Source: Octopus sinensis
Taxonomy: Eukaryota
NCBI RefSeq assembly: GCF_006345805.1
Contig: NC_043010.1
Coordinates: forward strand, 62,558,001-62,622,000
DNA length: 64,000 nucleotides
Direction: 5' to 3'
Shown: one piece after another, positions 1 to 9,747 of the stretch
How positions within the stretch are numbered: position 1 is the first letter of the stretch
How the letters are laid out: each line of letters starts with the position of its first letter
Notes under the pieces: model-generated
Told to the model about the DNA's origin: nothing
What the model saw: the letters and a program-made list of their open reading frames with translations, nothing else
Databases searched by the model: none
Program-made: the position numbers and the translations under genes

Positions 1-216
1 GACACAGGGTCCGTGTTCGTGCTGGTGGCACGTAAAAAGCAACATCCGAATGTACTCAATGCCAGCACCGCCTTGACTGGCTTCCGTGCCAGTGGCATGT
101 AAAAAGTACCAACCGATCATGGCCGTTGCCAGCCTGTCCTGGCCCCTGTGCTGGTGGCATGGAGTGGTTGGCGTTAGGAAGGGCATCCAGCTGTAGAAAC
201 ACTGCCAGATCAGACT
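1..216 (+). mobile_element. RTE-LINE 3'-UTR-type repeat (family C), cut by the window edge
   Basis: Contains GGCGTTAGGAAGGGCATCCAGCTGTAGAAAC, which recurs more than 15 times in the window. At 50568-50860 this sequence follows a LINE-type C-terminal coding end. Confidence 0.7.
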
Positions 217-593
217 GATGATGATGGTGATGATGTGTCTTGTGTATATGTATCATCATCATCATCATCATCATCATCATTAGCAGCAGCATCATTAGTT
301 TAGCATCCACTTTCCCATGCTTGCTTACTCGAATAAGAGAGCAGTTATTTAGGCAGAATTTCTGGGGCTGAATACCCTTTCCATTGCCAAGCCTCACCTG
401 TTTCCAAGCAAGGTGATATTTTCCCATAACCAGATATATTTTGGAGGGAGACTGGAAATGAATAATGGTCGTTTATAATGATCATGTGATGGCAAAACTA
501 GGAGGTACAAACACCCAGACATAGTACATTATCTACCTGTCTGTCAGTCTCTCTCTCTCTGTATGTATGTATATATATATATATATATATATA

Positions 594-783
594 TACCGGA
601 GTAAACACATAAATGTGAAACAAGGTGGAAAAAAGAGTACTCAAATACCAGAGGTAGAGTAATATGCTTTATTTAAAGCAGCAGAAAATTCAACAAAATC
701 TGCTAGCAAAAACTGTCTGATGAACGGCAACGAGAAACTCAGAGTAACAGATTTTGTTGAATTTTCTGCTGCTTTAAATAAAG
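594..783 (+). mobile_element. Penelope-like element pseudo-LTR fragment, fold-back arrangement (H1 copy 1), in (TA)n
   Basis: Inverted arms CTTTATTTAAAGCAGCAGAAAATTCAACAAAATCTG / CAGATTTTGTTGAATTTTCTGCTGCTTTAAATAAAG flank a hammerhead core. Homologous to 4333-4523 and 59201-59377. Confidence 0.7.
708..755 (+). ncRNA. minimal type I hammerhead ribozyme motif (degenerate stem II)
   Basis: CTGT-CTGATGA(717-723)-aCG GCAA CGa-GAAA(734-737)-CTCAGAGTA(GUA 744-746)-ACAG. Stem I CTGT/ACAG pairs; the closing pair of stem II is an A.A mismatch. Confidence 0.65.
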
Positions 784-795
784 TATATATATATA

Positions 796-1130
796 GGCGC
801 GTGGCTCAGTGGTTAGAGCGTCGAGCTTACGATCGTGAGGTTGTGAGCTCGAATCCCAGACCGGGCTGCGTGTTGTGTTCTTGAGCAAGACACTTTATTT
901 CACGTTGCTCCAGTTCACTCAGCTGTAGAAATGAGTTGCGACGTCATAGATGCCAAGCTGTATCGGCCCTTGCCTTTCCCCTGGACAACATCGGTGACGT
1001 GGAGAGGGGAGGCCGGTATGCATGGGCGACTGCTGGTCTTCCATAAAACAACCTTGCCCAGACTTGTGCCTCAGAGGGTAACTCTCTAGGTGCAAAACCC
1101 ATGGTCAGTGTCTGACCGAAGGGGGTCTCT
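796..1130 (+). mobile_element. tRNA-derived SINE (family D), near full length
   Basis: A-box TGGCTCAGTGG, B-box-like GCTCGAATCCC, then TTGAGCAAGACACTT central domain. The body recurs at 25110-25345, 48995-49255 and 49500-49750. Confidence 0.8.
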
Positions 1131-1864
1131 CATATTTCATCAGCATGACTTGGGCTCATCACACATTTCGCATAAAACATATGCCTGCTCAAAGAATTTC
1201 ATGTTTTTCTGCTTTATTTCTAGCCCCAAATGGCTTATTTTTTATATCTTGCACTATGTTTTTCTCCATTTCTAAGTTAAGGGTAAAAATAAAGCAACCC
1301 TGCAAAACACAAATGGTCTTCAGACACAGACACACAGAATAACAGCAATCAAATAACGACTTTTGCCTGTACTCTTGACAAGAGATACCAGTTAGGCTTT
1401 TACACCTACCAGGCTTGTTCCTTTAAAAATATTGTAGAACGGAATCTTTTCATAGATTGCAATTTAAACCCTAATCTTTATAGAAATTTATTGCTTCTAG
1501 AAAACATTAAATTTGAATTGCTATTAAATTTTTATGATTATAGATAACAACTCGGGCTGTAACTTCTGAGCCCCGAGTCAGTCACGTGTGAACGATGTCG
1601 AGAGAACGTCAGCTACGAATGATATATTTTGACACAGGGCACCTCTAAGACGACCACCAGACAGTGAGCAAAAGTTAATGAACCGCAACCAGGCTCAATA
1701 AAAGGATTCTGAGTTATTGGCTGCAATTACATACTTGAAGTCAGTGTTCGTAGAAATTAAATCAGCTTGTAAAAGCACGTTCACTTTACTAAATTTATAC
1801 AGGGGTTAAGCCCAAACAGCCCGAGTGCCGGAATCACCATTGATATGTGTGTGTGTGTGTGTGT

Positions 1865-2110
1865 GTATATATCATCATCATCATCATCATCATCATCATT
1901 TGATGTCCATTTTCTATGCTGCATGGGTTGATGGGTTGGACAGTTTGACAGGAGCTAACAAGGCCAGGAACTACACAAGGGTCCAGTTGTCTGTTTTGGT
2001 ATGGCTTCTGCAGCTGGATGCCCTTCCTAACGCCAACCACTTTACAGAGTGCCCTGGGTGCTTTTTATGTGACACCAGCACTGAAAGGGTCACCAAGTAC
2101 CTTGCAAGTA
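1865..2110 (-). mobile_element. family C (RTE 3'-UTR-type) copy with (GAT)n tail
   Basis: Reverse complement of the family C core CAGCTGGATGCCCTTCCTAACGCCAACCAC next to a (CAT)n run. Confidence 0.7.
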
Positions 2111-3211
2111 CCTCCCATATGTATATATGGTGGAGCAGTCTTAGCTATCAAAAGATATTCAAGCTGTGGCTATATTATAATTTTTGATGTATCCTTCCTG
2201 TTTTGAGGAAGATTTGGCTGTTATTTCTAGTAGGACAAATGACCAAGCATTTGCTGATTAGTTGTTGTTCTTCTTGTTGTCATTGTCCTGTCATGGTGAC
2301 ATGCATTTTTGTTCTATGATTGGTTGCCATGATGATCAGTTTTGCTGTGTGATTGGTTGCCATGGCAAACTGCATTGCTCTGAGATTGAATTTCGATGGT
2401 GGCGGTGGGGGGGTGAAAGAGATAGATACAGAGAGAGAGAGAGAGAGAGAGAGCAAGAAAGGAGAGGGAGAGACAGGTGAGAAGGGAAAGAGACGGATGG
2501 TGAGGAGGGAGATGTAGGGAAGGAAAGAAAGATAGGCTGGGTGGAAGGAAAGAAAGTGAAAGAGGAAAAATGGCCCAAAACTAGACTGATACTTTGAATT
2601 TATTAAATCCAAAGGAAGGAAAGGCAATGTTGACCTCAGAGTGATTTGAACTCAAGACCCACAGATCCGAAAGCAGTACCACAGTGTATTCTGGGTAAGA
2701 CTTCAACAACTTCACCAATTCATGGTCTCACTGCCAGATAACTAAACCACACAAGAGTTATGCAATCTTCCTGAAAGGATGCAGGTGTAACCTACTTATC
2801 CATGGTACCTATTAGCAACTAAGTGGATTCAGCCAGGATATAAACCATTCACTCTGCAGTTGTGTGACACCCTGATTTTACAAACTGGTTGCTAAGGCAG
2901 CCTGCGTATAGTTGTATATTTATGTTACTATGGCAACTAATATAACACTATGTAGCTAGTGGCTATGACAGCCATTGTCTTGTCTATTTGGTTGCTATGG
3001 CAGCAAGTGTATTGCCACATGACTGGTTGCCATGGCAAATGGTATCAATTCCCTACAGCTTACTATGCCGACCCTCTTAATTTGGTATGAGTGATGGTTC
3101 CGTAGTGTTCTGGAAGTTGTAGATTGAGCAAAGTGTGGTGTGGAGGATGAGGAATAGGGGGAGGATGTCCGTGGCACATTAGGGATCATAGGAATAGGAG
3201 TCTACATGTGT

Positions 3212-4075
3212 AGATTAGACTGGGCCTGGTGCAGCCCCCTGGCTTCCCAGACCCTAGTCGAACCGTCCAAGCCATAGCGGACTTAAACGATAAGAAAAAA
3301 AAATATCATCATTGTCGTCGTTTAATGTCCGCTTTCCATACTGGCATGGGTTGGATGGTTTGACTGAGGACTGGCAAGCTAGGAGGCTGCACCAGGCTCC
3401 AAATCTGATCTGGCAAAGTTTCTGCAGTTGGATGCCCTTCCTAACACCAACCACTCCGAGAGTGTAGTAGGTACTTTTACGCACCACCAGCATGAGGAGC
3501 AGTCTGGCAGTACTGGCAATGACCACACTCAGAAGGTGTTTTTTACATGACACATGCACGGGAGCCAGTCCGCCAGCTCTGGCAACGACCATGCTCGAAT
3601 GTTGTTTTTCATGTGCCACCAGCACATGTGCCAGTAAGGCAACGTTGACAATGAACATGCTCGAATGGTGCTTATTACGTGCCACCTGCATGGGAGCCAG
3701 TCAGTGGCTCTGGCAACAATCACGCTTTTAACGTTCCACTGGCATGATATCTATATGAGAGTTCATTGTTTCACAAGTTACTTGGTGCCACATAAAAAGC
3801 ACCCAGGACACTCTGTAAAGTCAATGGCATTAAGAAGGGCATCTTGCTGTAGAAACCATGCCAAAACAGCCAGGTGGGCCCAGCTCCTGTTGAACTGTCC
3901 AACCCATGCCAGCACGGAAGACAGACATTAAATGATGATGATATCTTTCTCTATCTATCTATCTATCTCATGCCAAAACAGACACAAAAGTCTGGTACAG
4001 TCTTCTGCCTAGCCCGCTTTGGTCAAACCGTCCAACCCATGCCAGCATGGAAGATGGACGTTAAATGATGATGAT
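3212..4075. mobile_element. cluster of family C copies in both orientations (3212-3291 +, 3305-3750 -, 3790-4075 +)
   Basis: Shared CCAACCCATGCCAGCATGGAA...TTAAA(C/T)GATGATG tails and internal ~60-66 bp subrepeats. Confidence 0.7.
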
Positions 4076-4080
4076 GATAT

Positions 4081-4262
4081 TTAGTTCAAGTTTACAGAAA
4101 ACAAAAGACAAAGACAGGCGTATTAGTTTAATCCTGGGGAAGAATAGAAAAGTCTTTGACGTTTTGAGCCTACACTTTTCGACAGAAAGGACTGAGAGGA
4201 AAAAAATGGACGGAGAATGAAAAAAACAGAGAGAGAAAAAGAATGTGTAGGGATTAATGGTT
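4081..4262 (-). mobile_element. Penelope-like fragment with variant hammerhead core (H4 copy 1)
   Basis: The minus strand of 4154-4190 reads CCTTT-CTGTCGA-A-aAGt GTAG GCTC-aAAA-CGTC-AAAG. Homologous to 19575-19765. Confidence 0.5.
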
Positions 4263-4332
4263 CAACATGATACATATGTACATACATACATATGTATATA
4301 TGTGTGTGTGTGTGTATATATATATATACATA

Positions 4333-4523
4333 CTTTATTTAAAGCAGCAGAAAATTCCACAAAACCTGTTACTCTGAGCAAAAACTGTCCGACGAACGGC
4401 AACGCGAAACTCAGAGTAACAGATTTTGTTGAATTTTCTGCTGCTTTTAAATAAAGCATATTACTCTACCACTGGTATTCGAGTACTCTTTTTTCCACCT
4501 TGTTTCACATTTATGTGTTTACT
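4333..4523 (+). mobile_element. Penelope-like fold-back fragment (H1 copy 2) with decayed hammerhead
   Basis: 46-nt inverted arms at 4333-4378 and 4410-4456. The core is CCGACGA(4389-95)-aCG GCAA CGC-GAAA-CTCAGAGTA; flanked by (TA)n. Confidence 0.7.
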
Positions 4524-4741
4524 TATATATATATATATATATATATGAGATACAGAAATAACTTATTCTCAAACACATGATAATGCTAATACAATACATC
4601 TCAATGCATCTGAAGCAAACTTTGTTTACTTTCATCATAAGTTAAATATATATATATATATATATATCGTTTGGTTTTGATTTTGTCGACTACACAGTAT
4701 AGTAGGGTCAGTTGGACACCATCTGTGAGAACAACAACACC

Positions 4742-5473
4742 ATGATGCAATTCACTCTGCCAGAAATTTGGAAAGGACATGCTGTACTGCTTGGCATTTG
4801 CACCGGAAGCTCTAATATGAACATTTCAGAGTGTTTGGGTGTCAATCAGAGGACATGTACTGAGAGTGATAAAAATCAAACATCCAGTCAACATCATGGT
4901 GTTTGGAGTGATCACTAGTGATGGTGACATTATGTTGCCATTCATCTTCCCACACAGCCTCAGACTCAACATGGAGGCCTACATCAAATGCCTGGAGGAA
5001 ATAGTGCTGCCCTGGGTCAAGAGAGTGACTGCTGGAAGACCTTATGTCTGGCAACATGCCACACAAGCAGGAGAAGCCAGTCATGGCTGTCAGACAATTT
5101 CTGAAACCACATCACCCCTAACATCTGGCCACCTAACTCCCCAGACTGCAACCTCCTTGATTATAATTGTGTGGGGTGCAGTTGAGCAAGAAGCCAACAG
5201 AACTCCTTGTAACACCAAAGATGATCTGATGGCAAGGATTAAGGCAGCATTCACCAACTTAAACAAGGAGATTGCCCAGAAGAGCTGCAGGAGATTCTGA
5301 AGTCGTCTGGAGGCTGTGGTTGAAGCTAATGGCGATTTTATTGAATATATTTATTCTTTAGTATTTCAAGATATTTTAATGTAATTTTGGTAAATATATC
5401 TGTTAACACGAGATGTCAGTGTTATTTTCATTTTTGCGTAATTTAGACAATAGTTTATTCACTGCACCCTGTA
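4742..5473 (+). mobile_element. internally deleted Tc1/mariner-superfamily transposon (DD..D class), pseudogenised
   Basis: An N-terminal HTH-like segment (EIWKGHAVLLG...ISECLGVNQRT) is fused to KHPVNIMVFGVITSDG. A shifted frame gives WPPNSPDCNLLDY, and the C-terminus is F*SRLEAVVEANGDFIE. The right TIR ends ACTGCACCCTG|TA at 5471-5473; no left TIR was found. Confidence 0.85.
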
Positions 5474-5525
5474 TATATATATACGTATATACACACATAC
5501 ATAGACTCACACATATACATATATA

Positions 5526-5756
5526 TTTCTTTATTGCCTACAAAGGGCTAAACACAGAGGGGACAAACAAGGACAGACAAAGGAATTAAGTCGATTACAT
5601 CAACCCCAGTGCATAACCGGTACTTATTTCATCGACCCCGAAAGGATGAAAGGCAAAGTGGACCTCAGCGGAATTTGAACTCAGAATGTAATGACAGACG
5701 AGATACCACTAAGCATTTCGCCTGGTGTGCTAACGTGTCTGCCAGCTCGCCGCCTT
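5526..5756 (-). mobile_element. tRNA-derived SINE (family B), full length
   Basis: Reverse complement of GGCGAGCTGGCAG...GAGTTCAAATTCC...GGGTCGAT...TTTAGCCC...AATAAAGAAA; many homologues in the window. Confidence 0.8.
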
Positions 5757-7082
5757 ATACATTTATGTGTGTGCATGTGTGTATACATGTGTGTATACAT
5801 CTTTCACTGTATACATCAACGAATGATGTCTGTTTCAGAGAATAATGTTACTCACCTTCTTTGTTTTTTTGTTTTTTTTTATATCATCTCATATCTGTGA
5901 GTCTATACATTCTGAATCTCAATTATTGCTATTCCGATCCTGTCATCATCATCATTGCCATCATCATCACCTCCAGCACCACCATCACCATTAGCTGCAT
6001 CATATTGTCATTGTCCAGTGTTTTTCTTCTCTGTCATTTTAAAACATCACTTTATATCTTCTTCCGTTCAACCATCAAATTTATCTTTTTTTCTTTCTCC
6101 TTATATTTCAAACAGGCGGCCTCCCAAAAAGCGACAGCATCGATTGATTTCATGTTTTCCAGAACAATGTGGAATGAGCAAAACCTACAAGGCCTTCATC
6201 GGGGTTAAGAGCCTTACCAACAAAGTGCCATCAGGATTCCGAAGGGTTCTGACCCAACAACAGGGGAAAAAAGAGGAACCAATGGAACCGTGAATATACT
6301 TGTGTGCTCTTAATCTATAAATCAGCTGGGCTGCAACCAAGGCCTGCTTTATTGGGTAACATTTAGGCCTGAGGATTTTAGAAGGGACTTGGAAAAAATT
6401 ACAAAATAACCAACACAATAACAAACAAATATGACCAACAAAGTTGTGAATGTGTGTAGTTTTACTTGTGAACATCTTTGAACACACATAGTGAACATCC
6501 ATTGTGAACATCTGTGAACATCCATTGGGAACATCTTGTGGACACATTGTAACCTGACATATAGGACTGTATGTGTGTTGGTTTTTAGGGTTTTTTTTAA
6601 TGTAATTTCATATCTCTGTTTAAGAACAGTAACAACAACACAACAACAACTGTACTGAGAAGAACAATAATCCACCAGACAGCTATAACGAAAGGAGCAG
6701 TCACAACAGCAACAACAATAGCAGCAACAACTGTCACAAACAATAACAACACCATCGTCTGATGGACAGAAACTACCAGAGCAAGTCACTACAATAATAA
6801 TAATAACCTGGACAGTGATAACTACTACTACTACAACTACCACCACCATCACCGCTACCATCTTCACTCCCACTACTACTACACCTAAAAGCCCACAATA
6901 GTCACAATACTCAGCAGTGACCACAGCTTTACCAAATTCCTAAAGGAACAAAGATCAGTCAGTGTAACAGCCAAAATCTTAATTAGATGTCACAATTATG
7001 AAGCTTTGTTATAGCAGTTTTTAATTTCAATCTTCATTTTCATTTATTTATTTACATATATTATATATATATATTTTTTTTT

Positions 7083-7370
7083 CTGTGTCATTCTGTCGGT
7101 TATGACGACAGGGGTCCCAGTTGATCCGATCAACGGAACAGCCTGCTCGTGAAATTAACGTGCAAGTGGCTGAGCATTCCACAGACACATGTACTCTTAA
7201 CGTAGTTCTCGGGGAGATTCAGTGTGACACAGAGTGTGACAAGGCTGGCCCTTTGAAATACAGGTACAACAGAAACAGAAAGAAAGAGTGAGAGAAAGTT
7301 GTGGTGAATCAAAACTGTGATCCTATGACCGCGAGTCCACTGCCCTAACCACTGGGCCATTGCACCTCCA
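7083..7370 (-). mobile_element. tRNA-derived SINE (family F body with a D/E-type head)
   Basis: Head GGAGGTGCAATGGCCCAGTGGTTAGGGCAG on the minus strand; body homologous to 44497-44650. Confidence 0.7.
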
Positions 7371-8605
7371 CTATATTTGTATACATATATATATATATAT
7401 ATATATATAATGAGAACTTTCACTGTTTTATATTTCACAAAGTGTAGCTCTTAATTTGGCCTTCATGATCTTATTGTCATCATCATCATCATCATCTATA
7501 TTTTAAGTAGTGTCAGTTGCAGCAGCAGCCTTACTTACAGGACATAGGTGTGTTCAATCCCTAGTCCAATCCATAGCCATCTCTAGATAGCAGATTTGGT
7601 TATTAGTCAAGCAACATCATTATCACTTTGTCCCTGCAAGCTAACGAAACACTCGTCATTTCTACAGTGTTCCCACTACTGTCGCTTACAAGCAGTGGGC
7701 TATCTCTTTCGCTACATGAATGCTGGGAGTTTTAGGTGACAACGACGGGGTTTTTCCAGAGATACTTTGATCCGAAGGGATCAGCTGCCTGTGATCTCTT
7801 GTGTGTTACATAATATCACATGGTACATCTTTGATATAGGCATTGGTGTGTGTGTGTATATAGATACAGATATTGATGTGTAGATATATATATGATTGTA
7901 TAAAACATAAAATTGTGTGAGATATTTACAGTTATTATTCATCAGTAAATGAAGGTCATATACAGTGAAGATATCAAGCTATCATATGCATGAGACGTTT
8001 TGGTTCCATGTGAATAAAGATTTCTTCACAGTAGTACCCGAATGTGGGACTGAACTTTCAATCTTGTTCCCTGATTCATTATTACAGTATTCACCCATCG
8101 TTCACTTCGTCAACACAGACACTGAACAGAATAAACAAAATGAAACTCAGTTGCCCGCTAGATTTGAACCAGCTTCCTTTTGGTTCCAATCTGTAATTAT
8201 GACTTAACCTATCGTTTCATGAACTTAAACATGTAAATATTCCTCAGCCTACCTTCATTATTAATGTGAGGTCATATTCATGATGGTGATGATGATGATG
8301 ATGGTAATGAGACTATGGCATTGATGATGATGATGATGATGATGGGGATAACGGGGGTGGAATCAGTAACGTTGAAGGGAAGGGTCAAAGTAGACCGGCG
8401 GCCGTTTATGAAAGACTTTGGGTTTTGATAGACTGACTGATATTTGTTGAAATTGGGACGACTCAGAAGAAACTACCAATACCATAACAATAACAACAAC
8501 TACACCTATCGTGACCATTGATACAAAAACACCCCAACCATTGCAACACCACTACCACCACCATCACTTGTTACATCAGTAACAATAACATTGCTTCATC
8601 TTGAA

Positions 8606-8868
8606 CAGGGATTCTCAACGATATTTCTAACTTATGAAACCCTTCGATTTCTGTTCTACTCGGATGGACCCTCAGAACCGTTCCATGGTTTAAACAATCC
8701 TATCATATTTTGATAAATTAAATATTATTAGGAATTGTATTTAAAAAAAAAAAATTGTTAATATTTGGTGTATTGAAGAAATATAACCAATTTAATTCAC
8801 ATAAATTTTAACAACAAAATTTTATATGGACCCCTAAGGGCCATATGAGCCCCAGTTAAGAACCACTG
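8606..8868. mobile_element. hAT (Charlie-like) MITE
   Basis: Termini CAGGGATTCTCAAC / GTTAAGAACCACTG. The 8-bp flanks ATCTTGAA / AACTAGAA match at 6/8 and resemble the NTCTAGAN target consensus. Confidence 0.6.
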
Positions 8869-8971
8869 AACTAGAAAGACAATAATATGGAATGTTTACT
8901 TCTGTAACTCAGATATCATATTTTTACTCAGTTTGAAAGATCACACACATACACACACACACTTTCTCTCA

Positions 8972-9012
<41 letters not shown>

Positions 9013-9013
9013 C

Positions 9014-9054
<41 letters not shown>

Positions 9055-9109
9055 TATATGTCAATTGTTCTCATAACTTTTTACCCTGACACTAACATTA
9101 ACATATTCC

Positions 9110-9340
9110 ACAAGCCAACGAGAGAACCCCTATGTGATCAGACAACTTACTAAAAATAACGAACTTACACACTGCCATCTTAATTAAAAAGATATACTGG
9201 ATAAAAGTTCATTGCCTGAAGGAAAAAAGAAAGAAAAAAAGAAAAAAAAACAATAAAGAAATAATGGAATGCTGGTCATGGTTGGAATGCCTTTGATCAT
9301 AGACCTGTTGGATCAAGGCTGACAGGGGTCAAACAGCCAA
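9110..9340 (+). repeat. unclassified interspersed repeat (family G)
   Basis: GGTCATGG(T/C)TGGAATGCCTTTGATCAT-type sequence also seen near 13810-14230, 42745-42960, 52810-52955 and 54600-54690. Confidence 0.5.
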
Positions 9341-9719
9341 ACACCAGGCAACTTTCAAATGAAAGAGGACATTTTTCAAATCTATATTTTCTATATATAA
9401 TTAATTATTTCCCTCGTTAACATATTTTCACAAGCAAAGGATTTCAAGATCATAAATTTCTAATGTTTCTTTTATCATCGACAACCTTTTGTTTTGATGG
9501 ACCTTTCTTGAGGAATAACTTGTGTATGACCCTTTAAACATTTTTCTGATTTGCTTTTTACCACTACAACTATTACTACTACTACTACTACTACTACTAC
9601 TATGACAACAGCAATAGTAACTTAACAGAAAGAAAAGGAAAGAGGAAAATGCAATAAAAACAGTATTGTTTATTTTATTGGAATTTAAAGAAAAAAAATC
9701 TTTTAAAAATCTTTTAAAA

Positions 9720-9739
9720 TTGTGATTGTTTGATAACAG
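9720..9739 (+). promoter_or_regulatory. putative 3' splice acceptor just upstream of the ZNF-1 start codon
   Basis: TTGTGATTGTTTGATAACAG|CCATCAAAATG: T-rich tract with AG at 9738-9739, 8 nt before the ATG at 9748. Confidence 0.4.
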
Positions 9740-9747
9740 CCATCAAA

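Noticed and set aside
796-870. tRNA genes at SINE heads (also 19240, 32810-32880, 36128)
   Set aside because: A/B boxes are present but acceptor stems do not pair, and each continues into a SINE body.
6349-6924. 191-aa V/C-rich minus-strand ORF
   Set aside because: (ACA)n/(ACT)n low complexity plus a short GTGAACATC repeat; no domain signal.
9730-9747. TTG start of ZNF-1 and GTG start (39690) of ZNF-2 given by the ORF track
   Set aside because: Eukaryotic context; the first ATGs at 9748 and 39696 were used instead.
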